Of a stretch of 64,000 bases of DNA, positions 35,928 to 49,377 are shown one piece after another. The first letter of the stretch is position 1. Each line of letters starts with the position of its first letter. The notes below the pieces were generated by a model. That model made no database searches. It was not told the origin of the DNA and was given only the letters and a program-made list of their open reading frames with translations. This DNA is from Microbotryum violaceum (taxonomy: Eukaryota): positions 992,001 to 1,056,000 of the forward strand of contig CDLV01000011.1 of NCBI GenBank assembly GCA_001244265.2, given 5' to 3'. The translations under genes were made by a program, and so were the position numbers.

Positions 35928-38900
35928 TCACAGCACATATACAATTGACGAAGGCCGAACAAACAACCCCCGGCTCACCTCCATACTCTCGCCCCGAGAG
36001 TTGACACCCAGACTGCTACGCGGCCTGCTTCGAGTTGGTGCCTCGCGCGTGGCAAATGCAAGTTGATATTCCGCTTGCTCGCGTATCTCGGCGTCGCGTC
36101 GAGCCGTGGGCTCAGGGCATCGACGCAGATCGAAATAACGAAAGCCGTCACGAGAGCCATCGTTCCACTCGTCATTTGCCTCCACCTCCGCCGGTATGTC
36201 TCCCTCGGCAACCTCGACGCCGACCCAATGAGTGTCGGGGGTAGCCCATTCTACCGGGCCTATATATCGAACGACAGCCTTAATCTGTATCCGCCGCACG
36301 TCACTTTGGTTGATCGTTGCGATGCACGGGATGCCAGCCAGCAGGGTTGTGCCTCGAGGATTTTGATGGCGCTGAAAGGGCAGCTTCGTCCTAGCATCCC
36401 TGCTCGCACAAATAGCGAGACTGTCTTCATTGGTGATCCGATTCTGAATATATAAGTTGGCACTATGCTGGGGCGTTGCTTTTGACAAATGTAGGTGAGC
36501 CTCGCTGTCTGGTGAACTCTTTTTCGAGTTCAGTGCGGTGGGCCGGCTCGACGGCGCCCGCACGGCCGTCAGCGAGATGGCGGAAGTTGTACGTCTCGCC
36601 AGTTTCGGTGGGTATAGTGGCGAGATCCCGGTCGGCGGCTTTGAAGTTGACGTTGAGTCGGAAGTTTCACGTGAGGTTGCCGGGACTCCGACCGATTCGC
36701 ATCGAAGCGGAACAATTGTCGAGGGCGCACTCAACCCCTGAATCGCGGGAGGGTTCTTCGATGGACGATGGATGCGGCCTGAAGAGGTTGGGCTGGCCCT
36801 AGAGTCCACAGAGCCAGTCCTCGAACGAGTTTTTGCTGCGGTCGACACTTCAGAGGCCAGCGTGGGTAAGACGCCTGCCTCGCGGCGTCCGGCACGCACT
36901 GTAGTCGCACCATCGAAACTCGTGGAGACACGAGTTTCAGCTGTCCCTGGCCCAATCTCAGTGGAGGTGCTGCCCGCTGGTCCTCGTCGTCCAACAGGTA
37001 CTCGATGATGGGCTGCATTGGATGCAGAAGCCGACCTTACGATGCGAGAAGATGAGGACGCCGACCCTAGAGACCTGGCGTGGCGCGCAGCGGACGTGCG
37101 ATCAGAGAGACGTTCATCGCCTCTAGCGGCACTCCCAGGTGGGTCAATGTGGGTGGCGCGGCGGGGTACGTCTACGATCGGGAGTCCGATGTGTGCAGCC
37201 AAGTCGGTAGACCGTGCGCTTCTTGAGTCCAATGCTCTAAGCTGATTTTCGCCACTTGCCAGCTGCCACTGCGCATTTTCGTTGAGTACTAGTTTCGATG
37301 GAGGTCTTGCTATTGTGGGCGTTATGACGGAAGTGCGGATCGGTGGCCGCTTTGAAGCCGTGGGTTGATATAGCAGATCAGCCTCAGCTACGGAGATATC
37401 TGTTGGAGGAATAAAAAGAAGCGGGAGATGAGCGCCAGGCTGGCTACACTGTGACGACGTCAAGCGCTGAATTCACACTCACGATCAGCAAGTTCTTTAA
37501 GGCACCATGCTTGCAGCCTGGTGAATTCGCCGGTATCGCGAATCGACATCCAGCGGGTCTTGATGTATTTTGCGATCCCGTTTCGGGCGTCCTCCACCAA
37601 CACCTTGGCATCTATCAAGATCCCCTCCTCTCTGAGTAGAACCGAGCCGACCAGTGCTTGATATGTGGCACAAGCCCTGGATTCCGCAAGGCCTCGAACG
37701 ACGAGTTCTAGCAAATGTTCCAGAACATCGGCACTGAAACCCACGCCGTCAATTAGATCCACAAATGACTCCGAAGTAACTACAGCGGCCAGGTCTCGAC
37801 TGAGGACTTCGACAAGGTGTTCTTCAACGGCATCCAACATTGCGCGAATGTGATGGACCCAGGCATGGCGATTGGTCTCGATGCGTTTCCGAAGTTGTAG
37901 CGCTTGCTTGACAACAGATGTCGACGTTTCTGCGCTTATTCCGGAACACACTTGATCGAAGAGGGCTTTTTGAGAAGAGTGGTCAAGCGTACCGATGTAG
38001 GCGCTGTCCCAGACTTGTCCAAAGTGACCTGTGATGACCATGAGAGCGCCACGTGCCAGCCGTGCAGATTGCACGTCAGGCGCCAATGCAAATCGGTATA
38101 TTCTTGCAGCACGATTCGGTGTCATCATAGACTCGATAGAAACCTCGACTTGCTCTTGCAGAAGGTCCAGCCCAAGGAAGGCGGCGCCGCGCCAGATTTC
38201 GAGAGCCGTTGCGAGATCAAATTTGCGTGAGGAGAAGTGGAGTGTGCCGCTATAGACGTAGCCAAGGATGAACGTAAAAGAAGCAGACGAGAAGAGAGGC
38301 GAAGGGAGGGTGAGGATACAGGTCTGAGCATCACTGAATTCGCCGAGGAGGATGCAGGCGAAATAGGGCACGCGAGCCGCCAAGATAGCACGATGGGAAG
38401 CGAAAGACGATGCCGCATATCCGCCGTCATCGAGGACGATTGTTACATCCGCGTAAAGCTTGCTCCGCCAACAATACAGGAGATCCTCACGAAGCTTCGC
38501 GATGCCGGTCAGGCCCGGGACGGAGTCCTCTCGAATCGATTCGTGAAAGCCCTCGAACAAAACATGCACGCCTTCGGTGCCCTGCGTGCCGAGGTACAAC
38601 ACGTCGAGCCACGCTTCAAAGAGAGCTGGATCGGTGTCGGCAAGCATCAGACGCACGACATGGTCACTCGATTCGGCTATCAACGTCGCCGAAGATGTTG
38701 TGGCCGTCACTATCGATTCAAGACTAGCGGACGACGTGGATCGTAGGAAATGGGCGTCCCGTGCATCGTCGCGGGCGCTGGTACCAGTGTTGAAGGACGA
38801 AGCGACCGAGTCGGAGCAATGTAGTGCAGGCGAACACTGAATAAAGCGTTCTTGGAACGACCCTGGAGGAATAGTGGAGTACCTCTTCTTCGATCAGACC

Positions 38901-39335
38901 TACGATTCGAACCTTCAGCCGTGCGTGCACGTTGATCACTCCAGCCCCACGTGACCTTCTGGTCCTCCAGCGTCGACTGCACGCTGCCGAAGGCACGGCA
39001 GGCTCGCAGGGGAGGAAAGGGAGGGCTGGTAACCACACGCATTCGAGAAACTGACCTGATGAGCGACTGTAGACGATCGCCTTGTGAGCGTAGACGAGTA
39101 CTTCATCGGGACAGGAGCGGCCCGGCCGGGTTGGACCGTGCGCGGCCCAACACACGTCCCCGAAAAACCGTCGAGCTTCATGGCGCAGTTTCGAAAGGTC
39201 TGCCAGCCACTTCTGGCAGCTGGACTGCTCGGTCGAAGCCACGGTGACTGGAGTGAGAAGGGTCGTCCTTGGCGGTCCGAGTGTAGCAGTGGGCGTGAAG
39301 GTGAGCGGGGCCGGGGGCACTCGCGCGTAAGGCAA
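35928..39335 (-). CDS. BTB/POZ plus C-terminal CAP-Gly domain protein, multi-exon
   Basis: FGDVCW..YAHKAIVYSR; LYADVTIVL..FASHRAILAARVPYF; VVRYIGPV..WVGVEV..NDGSRDGFRYF; 5' end unresolved. Confidence 0.85.
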
Positions 39336-39461
39336 TGAGAGGCAGTCGGTAGCTGTCGAAGAGGCTGTCGAGAGCGTCGGGAGGCAACGTACTAGCCCAG
39401 ACTAGCGCACCCAGACCGACCCAGACACCACCGCCAGACACTCCCCGACATCGGGCCAGAC

Positions 39462-39709
39462 AGACCCGGGAAAGCTCATCGATCAGCCCAATGTGCGTCT
39501 CGGAGAGTTGTACTTTACGGGCCCCATTATGCCTTGTGATATGCTACATGACGTGAATTCTCACGGTAGAGTAACTTTTCCAACGCAAGCCGATAATCTG
39601 GTCTTACACCGGAATACGTACACCGCTTATATAGGGATATTCGGTGTACAAATCGGCCTAAAAACGGGGTTTTTCGAGACGCACCTTCGGCTGAGCTTTC
39701 CCGGGTCTT
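39462..39709. mobile_element. 248-bp MITE of the AGGACCC-type family with 8-bp TSD GGCCAGAC
   Basis: 17-bp TIR agacccgggaaagctca; TSD at 39454-39461 and 39710-39717. Confidence 0.9.
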
Positions 39710-39908
39710 GGCCAGACTGTGCCTGTCTCTACACTGTCTCTACCTGCCCGACGCTGGACTGCGCTCTCCCGCGCTTCAAGTCCGCTCGTGTCCACCACGC
39801 CACAGTTGGTGTTGAGGAGACTCGAGACGACCAAAAAGGCCTGTTTGAGTCATCCACTCCCAGCGAGCGCTGCTGTACATACGACCGCGTCACGCTGCGC
39901 CTCATTTG

Positions 39909-42900
39909 ATGGCTCGCCTACGTCCGATCGAGTCGACGCCTACGTCGACGACTGCCTTCGCAACCAGCGACGACATAACTCGAGCGCTTGCAACCAAGGA
40001 TGCCCCGTCGCTCATCAGTGGTCCGTTTTTGTTCTACGATAGGATGCCGATTCAGCTCGGTTGGATCAGCTACGAGCAGGGTGTACATCCGCTGTGGTTC
40101 GATTCGGTCTGTGAACTGACAGTTTGGACTTGTTCTCGCAGCTCTGGCGTCGATCCAGCAAAGCGCGCATGCGCTTGTCACCGCCGAAGCGCCTCCCGCG
40201 CTGCGGCAGCACCCGCTGCACGACTTCATGAACAAGTACCCAACAATAGATCCCATTTTCATGTCCTGGGATCTAGCTCACCGGGTGAGTCTGCGTTTGC
40301 AAGCCCGCGGGAGTTGTGGGGAGAAACTGCTCCTTCTGTGCCCCGTCAGTGTTGGCGTCGCAGCGCTGATTGAACTGTCTCTCACTTGCCTCTCCCTTTC
40401 ACAATAATGATTTATCTTCGCCCCAAAAGACAAACAACCCTTCGCTCACCAGCGCCGTCCTGAACTGCCTCGGATCACTCGTCCGCTTGGCCTCCCAGAA
40501 TGCGCAGCGCGGCGAGCCCGAGTTCGTGCGAAGATTACTTGCACAATATGCAGCACAGCTCCAACGAGCTTTGAATCCGGGCAGGAACGATACCACGGTG
40601 GCTGCACTCAAGCTCCTCAATGTCGTGGTCGCGTTTGACTCGGGCCGCTTTGCGCGCAGGGCTTTCGACGCTCTGCCTTGGACAAGCAAGGCCACGTCTC
40701 GGTTGTTCAAGACTCGTTTGCAGGACAATACTCGCGACCCTTTGCGCCGTCCCGACATTCGCACTCTTCTCGTTATGCTAGTTCTGTCGTTCTTATCGAT
40801 GAATGATGCTCGCCTTAAAGGCCAGGTGTTGGAGACTCGAGGATTGCTTTCGGGCATGATCAAGGGTCTTTCGGACGATCCACCTCCCGTCGTACATCAC
40901 GTCCTCGTCGCGTTCTACCGTGATGTCATTGTCGCCCGATCGGTGGGCCTTGGAATTCGACGTGCCCTTCTGGATGAAGCCAACCTGAAAGAGGTCAGTT
41001 ATGTGCTCCGACTCCATCTTCAAGTTCGCTGTTCCGAGTTGGCTGACGGCATCGCGTGAACACATCGAATTTCAGATTGTCAAATTGTATGACATCGTCG
41101 AGCGAAACGATGAATGGATAGAGTCCCACAACGGTTCTCCGACATCAGGCGTCCCTAGGCTCGGACGCACGGTGCACGCATTCCTGTCGGCCGTTGTCGG
41201 ATGGCTCGGAGACCAGATCGACGAAGCGCCTGCGCGATCTGCGGGAGCGCAGAGAACTCTCGGGACGCTACTCATTGCTCTGAAAGTGACGGAGGATGCG
41301 AGACAGCGCGACCTTGCCCTCCGCGTGCTGCAACGGGCGCCAAACCTGGTCGTGTCGTATTGGGCGAAGTTTCCGGCCTCGTTCGATCCTCGCCTGTCTT
41401 CGCGGTGGATATCCGCCATCACCTGGGCGACGCAGATCACATCTTTGCCCCTTCCACAAGGACTGTCCGCCGAGTTGACATTGCCGATAAGTTCCGCTCT
41501 GGTTGACTCCATCTGCCCGAGTGCGCTCAACCGGCCCTGGTTCACGAAGGCGATGCAGCAAAATGACCCGATGGTGGCGTATCTGAGCGCGACACTATTA
41601 CTTGCCATACTCCAAAAAGCGACTCGTGTGCTCATTCGCTTGGCCGAAATTGCGCGGCAGTGTGAAGAGACAGAGACGGTAGGTCATTGGGTTTCGCTGG
41701 CCAGAACCGTCCGGCTTCGTCTCCAAGCGATCGTGCCCGACCCTCAGATCATCATGGCGCTCAGCGCCGTACCATCCACGCCTGCCGCGCCCGCCCCGGC
41801 AACGTCGACTTCGCGGAAGAAGCTGAAACTCCAATCGGGATCGGGAGCAGCCGTCGAGACAACGGTCGAGAATGATCATGTGGACACGATCGCGCAGGTC
41901 GTTCTGAATCAGCAAAGGCACTTGCGCATTCACATCGCGTTGCGCCTGCTCTGGATGTACCATCGTGTTACCCCTCGATTTATTACAGCCCTGCGCTACG
42001 ACTTCGGAAAGCTGCTCCATCGACCTTGGTACACCTCAGGTTCGCCCGGCATCGAAACCGTCACATCCGGATACGCACTGCGTGTTGCGAGTCTTCACAC
42101 CACAGCTGTGGTTTGGGTCCGCCCCACAGAGGTTCTCAAGACAGTCTTGTCGCCGCTACTACAGCGGTTGCGGACGACTGCTTCCGAAGGGAATCGCGTG
42201 TTGCTCTTGATGATCCTCACCCGAGTTTTGAGGACACCCTTGCTCTTTGGCGACAACTTGGACGAAGCCAGTGATTGGCTCGAGGCCGTGATGTGGATTA
42301 CTCGCGACAGCGCACCAGCCGGTACCGACGCGGCTCTTGCCTTTTTCGAGGATTGCGTCCAAAAGGCATTGACATGGTCTTCCGCTGCGAGCACTGGACC
42401 TGAGCTGCGAGCGGCGGCGTCTCCTCTGCTGCGAGTTGTCCAAGGCAATCTCCGTCGAGAGCTCGAGTACTCTGCACGATCACCCGCGGAGTCCACACTG
42501 CGACTTGTGCGCTTCTTCTTCTTCAGCAAGCTTGGATCAATCGAATCGTTGACCGTGCTGAAGCAGGTTGTCGGCGGTCTGACTGCGTCGCTTGGGGAAG
42601 TGGAACTGCTGGCGGAGACAACGCTGCGGGTCTTAGAAGAGTGCCTCCTTGTGGTTCAAGGCAAGGTTGTCAGAACGAGGACCACTTGCATTGACGAGTC
42701 GCTTGCACATGATTTCTGCTCTGATGCCACATCGCTGCCGCCGCTCACTTTTGACATGTATCATCCAGCACTACAGAGGTCTGTCCGCATCTCGACCTTG
42801 CTTCCTCCAATGCAAGGCAAGTTTTCCTGACCCTTCACTCGTATTCACAGGGCTACGTGGTATATACCTACGTCACTGCTTATGCTCCACCTCTCTCCAC

Positions 42901-45900
42901 CTCTTATTCGGGACGCAGCTACTCTGAAGTTCACCTTGGCACGAGTGCGCGGTGCCCGAGCCTGGTTAGCTGCAGTCCGAGTGCTTTTGCTGCGAATTGC
43001 CGGCTCCGGGAACGGCGTGTTCGCTTGGATGGTCATTTCGATTTACGAAGATTGTCCAAGTCCTGTCCAACGAAATCGTATCCGGACTTTAGTCTCTGGC
43101 AGCGACGCTATCCTCAAAGTCCTTGCACGCAGCGAAGAGCCCGAACATCTCTCGGGTGAGTCCGCTGCCGAGACTTCCCTTGCTCATGCCGTTGAGAGCT
43201 GATACTGGGGTCGCCCCCCTCCCTCAGCGATGCTTCACCTTGTCCGTGTTCTTTTCTCTCCGAGCAATCGCAATGGTCGGCGCGCCGCAATGCCATATTG
43301 CCAGCTCATCCTCAGCAATGATGAAGCGAAATTGTCTCCCGGGGTGAGTATGTGCAACTACCCCGGACTTTGTATTGTGAGAGAACCCTTGCTGATGCAC
43401 AAGAGACCTTATTTCCACAAAAGTTGTTACTCACAAGTGGCCCATTAATGCCGTTCTTTGGTCAATCATCCCTGCTCCGCTTGACCGTGTCACTGCTACG
43501 TCATGTAGTCAACGATACGCTGTCGATGGATCAATGGACGCGTGCAACATTGGATGCTGCTTTGCATCAATGTAGTTTCGTACCTTCAGTGGCCGTCGTG
43601 AACGAATTGTGGGTTCAACACTTCGCAACATTGTGCTCGTTGGCACAGCTCTCCCATCCTGTCAAAGGATGCGAAGCCGTCTTGCTGCACGGTGCTGGCT
43701 TCTTCTCCAGTGACCGCAACAAAGCTTCCCAGATCAAGTCATTACTCGATCGTCATGCGGTCGACTGGACAGGAAACCTGCTGGCCACACTGGCCACAAA
43801 TCGCTCGTTCATGATCGTCCTGGTGCAATTGGTCTCTCGCTCCGAACCAGCGCGCGCGCTCTTCGAATCCTTCGTTGCCACGCAGAAACGCCTCGACCTA
43901 GCGTATGCTGCTCCCCTGAGCTCCATGGTCAGCACGCCCATCAAAGGGCCAGGTGTGGCCGACGCGTTGCGCAAGCTCATTGTCGAATGGACGAAGCACC
44001 TGGTCGCCGCCAACAACTCAACCCCGACAACAATAGATGAGGCTGCGTTCTTGGTGGGGACATACGCAGTACAAAGTCCCAACCTGACCCAATTGGTGGT
44101 CTTGATAGTGGAAGGTGCTCTACCACAATCTACAGACCAAGTTTTCAGTCATCGTCCAGTTCGGTTCCTTTCGCAACTTGCACAGCACATGCCAGCAGCG
44201 CAATCAGTGCTTGGTGATTGGGTCAACAATTCGTTCGAGGGGATCATTCGGTACACTATGGAACACAAAGACGACAAGGGTCACATCTGTGATTTGGTCA
44301 GCGAATTGGGTGAGTGCCCATGAACAACAGGTTTGCAGGTACTGTGCTAATCATGCGTGTTGGGGCACAGTGCGGACGCTCAAGTTGCATCGTACTATTG
44401 TCTGCAAGCAACATCTCTTCGATCCGCTCCTCACGGCGATCATCCACCGTCGACAGGATCAGAGCGACTACAGCGTGCTTGCAGCAATGCTTTGCAGCTT
44501 GAGTGACTGGAAGGTAGGCAAGCAGTGACCATCCAGGCACATTTGCTATTTTGGACATTGACATCGTTGGGAGTGTCTCTTTCTGCAGGATCAAGATGTT
44601 GCTCGCCATCTGAATGCACTGTTGGCAACTCCTGCTTTCCGATCGCAATCACATCACCGTGCAAGCGAGTCGAGTATTCGGCTCATTGCCGCGCTTGCCC
44701 GCGCTTCATGGACTGCCGCCGTATCTTGCCGACTTGTTGACCGACTCATGCCAATCTATGGGGCGACCACATCGGCCCAAGACGTGGTCATCCTTGAGAT
44801 CTTCCAACGACTCGAGCTGGAACACGCAGGATCAATCAATGCAGCATCAAGGAGCTGGTCGCCAGACACTGGCAATCGAATGTTGGACAAGAATCGCTGC
44901 GCGAGCCTGCACCATCTTGACCCACGCCTGATGCGCAACGCCTGGCTACAAGCATGCGGTTCAGCTCTTCCACATACCAGCGGGGTGGTGAATTTTCCCG
45001 CGTACGACCCAGGCTTTCTACTGCCTTTTGTCTCCCACACAATGGCGGAAGATGAACTCAAGGCCGCAGATTGGACAAACCTACTTGAATCTGGAGCCCT
45101 TGGTATTCCAATTGCTGCGCTTGCATCTCCTTCACCAAATATGCGTCAACTCGCTTCGTCTACGCTTCAAGCTGCACTGAGCAAGTCGCGGGCTTCCGTA
45201 TTTCCAGAAAGGGATGAGCTTGCCCTGGTGTTGCACATGTCGCGCCAGTGCATCTACCGAGTCAACGGCGAACCCGTCCCAGCTGTCATCTCTCTCTTCT
45301 TGTGCTGTTGTGTCCTTGCTCTAGGCACACCGGCTTCAACGCTTTATCCGGCTTTTATGCAATTCCTCTTGCAGCGCTCTCAAGTCGACCAACACGATGT
45401 ACCAATGTTTTATGCTACACTCTACTCGTCAAGTGCACTGCCCGAGGAAGAACGCAAATGGCTGGTCCTTTTTCTAGGTCACGGGCTTATGCGGGCACAG
45501 GTGAGTCTTGGTGTGATCATGCTGCACAAATTCATTTATGCTATGGTCTTTGCTGATCTGTCTTTTCCCATGACAAAAGGACTGGAGAATTCTGCGCCGA
45601 CGCCAGAGCTTTGAGCTCCTTGTCAGTCTGTTTGAATCAGCTCAGCATGATTCTTTCCTCAGACTGCACATCCTTCAGGTAGGCTGTTTGCTAGAGATGT
45701 CTGCAAGGAGATCGCGGGGGAAGATGACTGACTTGGCACATTTGACGCATATGCAGTTCTTCTTGTCTGGAGCCAAGATACCAAAAGTTGCCCGGGAACT
45801 TGTCAGACGCAATGGTTTGCTCTTTTGGATCACCACTGTTCCCTTAGTAGACAAGGAGGAACACTATTTGGCACTACAAATTCTGGGGAAACTCAATCTA

Positions 45901-45930
45901 GCTTTGCCAAGGAGTAGTGGTAGTGCCTAG
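39909..45930 (+). CDS. URB1: Nucleolar pre-ribosomal-associated protein 1 (Urb1/Npa1), multi-exon
   Basis: Large helical protein; RPDIRTLLVMLVLSFL...KGLSDDPP (Npa1 N-terminal domain); YGATTS, YDPGFLLP, DVPMFY..ERKW (NopRA1 region); 3' end approximate. Confidence 0.85.
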
Positions 45931-46603
45931 CCACCTTTTCTAGTGACTCTAAAATTTCGAAGTGATTGTGGAGACTGCTTAATACATTTAATCAAATGTC
46001 CCATCTTTTTCATTGTCTGCAGCAATTTATCCAGGCATCCATCCATACATAATGCCGCGAGCAAATGGTGCAATTAATAATTACGGGGGCGCGTTTACCC
46101 CGAAGCTTGACCCATCTACCCCGGCAGAAACGTTTTTATTTTATTTGATAGACTTCATTAACAGCATAATTATATTATTACCTAGAAATCTTCGGAAAAG
46201 TCGGAGGGAATGCTGTTACGCACACTGGCAGAAGCCAGTAGTGTAGGACTCATTGACCCTGAACCAGGATCAACCATACCCACTAAAACCCCCTTTGGTG
46301 TCTTACAGAGACACTAGGCGACCCTTGGACTCCTGGATAGAGGCTCGAAGTGCAAAGTTCATTTACAAGTGGTGCATTATTCGCGCAAGTTTGGTGCGTT
46401 TGCTTCGGAAGAAAGGTGCGTTTACCAATTAAGGATGGTGCAGCTACCACGTAGCTGGGCAATCCGCTGTATCTCGTGTAGTATGCCATGTATCACCCTG
46501 AAACTTGACGAACCCTCCTACCGAATCACCAAGTACGTCCACCTTGAGTAAGAAGCACTCTCACCAGGACCTCATGTAGTTGGAAGTCGTGCCTGCACCC
46601 CCG

Positions 46604-46804
46604 TGTAAGGCGCCGCTCCGCTTACGCCTCACGACGACCTCGAGCCGACCTCTGCGGCCTCACGCTTGCCCTCGCGCGCGGCGCCGCCGCGTCTCTTGAC
46701 CTTAGTCCTTTTAGTAGTCTTTCTTCGCCTGCGAATTACACCGTTTGATCCTTTCAGTTTGGACTCGGAACCAGTGAGGCTCGAGAGCAATCTCGTGCCT
46801 TTCA
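46604..46804 (+). mobile_element. Solo LTR (Ty3/gypsy-type), 201 bp
   Basis: TG...CA ends, 5-bp TSD CCCCG; homologous to the minus-strand LTR at 49378-49559. Confidence 0.9.
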
Positions 46805-47193
46805 CCCCGGCTCTCGTCCCAGCCGCGGCCATCGTCCGGACCCCGGACCGAGTAATCCTCCCCCCCCCCCCCACCCTAGGCTGCAATACAATGACTAAGA
46901 CGATCAATCATCTCGGAGCTGCTGGATGTGTTCCTATGGGGTGGGACACATTGTATAGCATTCCTCACCATATTTCCTGCCTCAGCAACTCGGACAAGGA
47001 AGATCATTGACTGCCTTTTTAAACCATCCGTGAACCTGTCCTAACAAAGCTAGCAGCACATCACTAAGTGTTCTCGCCAATGTCACTAGCCGCCGTCATT
47101 ATCTCATTATATGTATATACATCCTTCCGTTCTACTCATAATGGCACGGCTTAGGATCGACGACCTCACTCCTCTTCTTGCAGCTGCTCAAAA

Positions 47194-47661
47194 CCAGTGG
47201 GAACCCGTTAAATTAACGGGAGGATCGAATTCAAAAAATAGCAGGATAATCGAATAGTCTACATGATCTCAGCGCAAAGGTAAGAAAACACCCTACGAAG
47301 TACAGCAAAGAAACAAATACATTCATCCTACATTCATCGCCGAAACAGCCTGCATATCGCTTGTTGCCGGACTTGGCTTCAAACACTTGTGCAATGAGAT
47401 CCGGACGGCTGCATGCTTTGTCATTCGGCCCCAGTGCAGCCTTGATTTTCGGTGCTTCGGGGTCGTACGTCATCGTGATGAGTAGCGGAGGCTTTCCATG
47501 TTTGACAACGCACGCCGTCGCATCCTGGTATCGCCGCGTGATGTCGCGCGTTCTATTCTTGAACGTCGAGCCCAAGGTCATCGAACGTCCAATTGGGTTC
47601 TGGGTCAAGCCGTTGATGCCTTGGGTCGTGGTGAGGCGTAGGTTCTCTTGATGCAACCGGA
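47194..47661 (-). mobile_element. Helitron 3' fragment, same family as 15002
   Basis: Same hairpin and CTGG|T end; YQDATACVVKHGKP..RPDLIAQVF. Confidence 0.9.
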
Positions 47662-47663
47662 CA

Positions 47664-48371
47664 TTGTTATTGATGCTTACCCTGACCAGGTAGACCTCCC
47701 TGAGCCTTCGCTCGTTGCTTCCCCTTGCTCCCTTGAGCCCCGCGCTGAGCCACTCCCACCCGCGCCAGTAGCCCCTGACCAGGGCCCCGCGCGCGGTCCC
47801 TCCCCTGCCCGTGATGTCCCTGACCAGGACTCACTCGCACCACCTGCCTCTGACCTAGGCTCCCCTGCTAGTGAGCTCCCTGACCCGGACTCACCTGCAT
47901 CCCGCTCCTCTGACCAAGGCAGCTCCGACTCGGCCCTCTCCACACCTTGCCTTCCCCGCGCCCCGCGGCTCCCCGTATGTTGCCAGCGCCACCCTCACTT
48001 GCTCAGTTCAACTCCCCGGATCCAATGGACCTCCTGTCACGCCCACGCAATGTTGCTTCGCTATGCGGGGTGCAGGAGCTTCCCAACAATGTGGATGATG
48101 CACTCCACTCGCCCTTGGCCGTGGCCTACCTTGCCTCTGGTGCCGCCACTCCCCTCGAGACCTCACCCGCCGACCCCACGGAACTGATCGCCCCTGCTTG
48201 CAACCCACCTCACTGGCGCGCAGCAATCGCCACTCCTCAAACGGATGAATGGCGCCTTGCGGCCCGCGATGAATTTGACTCGCTCTTGCGGGATTTTTCA
48301 GCATTCACACCAATTGACAAGTCCCTTGTCCCAGCAGACTCCAAGGTCCTGGGCTCCCGCTTTGTCTTTTG
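47664..48371 (+). mobile_element. Ty1/copia pol fragment (Pro/Ser linker and RT N-terminus)
   Basis: PPHWRAAI..EWRLAARDEFDSL..VLGSRFVF. Confidence 0.75.
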
Positions 48372-48794
48372 TGTTGAGTGGATGCCAAAGAGGTTTCGGA
48401 CTTGGGATGTAGCGACCGCTGAGGCTACTGGTGGGGTGTCAACGTAGCTGCTGTGTGCAACATTGGCCGTGGGGAGAAGTCGTGAGGCGGCACAAGCGCG
48501 GTCTGTCGAGACGGGCGCGGTGCGGCTGAACAATCTGTTCTCTACCAAAGATTAGCAGTCTGGCTAATATTGGGAAGCGGTAGAGAAGAGGAAGAGAGGC
48601 ATAAGGAGGCACGGGATGGACACAGTTCTATCAGGCAGGCGCGCAGGTGAATTATAGCAAGCTGGCCAATCACATTGCGAAGCACATAAGGCCAAACTCT
48701 TGGTGGGCCATTGAGGCTGAGAGGTGTCGTGTTGGACGACAAACACGAGGGGAGGACTTATCCACAAGGTCTGGTATTGATGGAGGTGGCGATC

Positions 48795-49159
48795 TGTTAC
48801 GGTGACTTCCAGGTGTTAGGCGACGTACTTCATGGAGGGGCAATGTTCTGTATTGCCGGTGGTCCATGAGGTCGGAGGCGGCAACTGGCTGTGGCGAGGT
48901 GGAGGAGGCCTTGGCTCGGCAACATGTGAGAGGTGCGGATATGACTAAGTCCCAGTGTGGAGGGTGCGGCGCGCGCGCGTGAGTTGAACAGGCGGGCGCG
49001 GGTTGGAAGGGGGCGGCTTGGCCGCTTGAGTAAGGGGGCGTCTTGGCAGAGACGAGGGGGCGGCTTACAAAAGGTGTCCGAGGCGAGAAAAGCGCCAAGG
49101 CAACAAAGGGCGCCCAAGGTTGAAGTGTTCGAAGGCTTGTAGTAGAATGAAATTCGACA
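48795..49159 (-). mobile_element. Putative 3' LTR
   Basis: Minus-strand PPT aaggggggg followed by TGTCGAA; CA end at 48814 or 48795. Confidence 0.5.
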
Positions 49160-49377
49160 CCCCCCCTTGTTCAAACACTTCCAGAAGAGCACGAAGGGAG
49201 GCTTGGACGAGATGTTGTTGATGACGAGGCAGTGACCAATGTAGTGAGACCTGGATCTGTGTGTGGAGCGGGGGACTTTACCAATTTTGGCCAAGAGAGG
49301 ATGTTGGTAGTTCTTGAAACCGCAAGATTGATGCTACCACAAATGTGTCCTCCGATGGTGTGACGGGTGGGGCCTTT

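Noticed and set aside
46214-46603. Possible LTR starting TGTTAC after a purine-rich tract
   Set aside because: No second copy, end or TSD could be identified
48794-48828. GTACGT..CTAAC..CAG unit at another LTR end
   Set aside because: Only 35 nt with no flanking duplication; too weak to count as a further LTR intron
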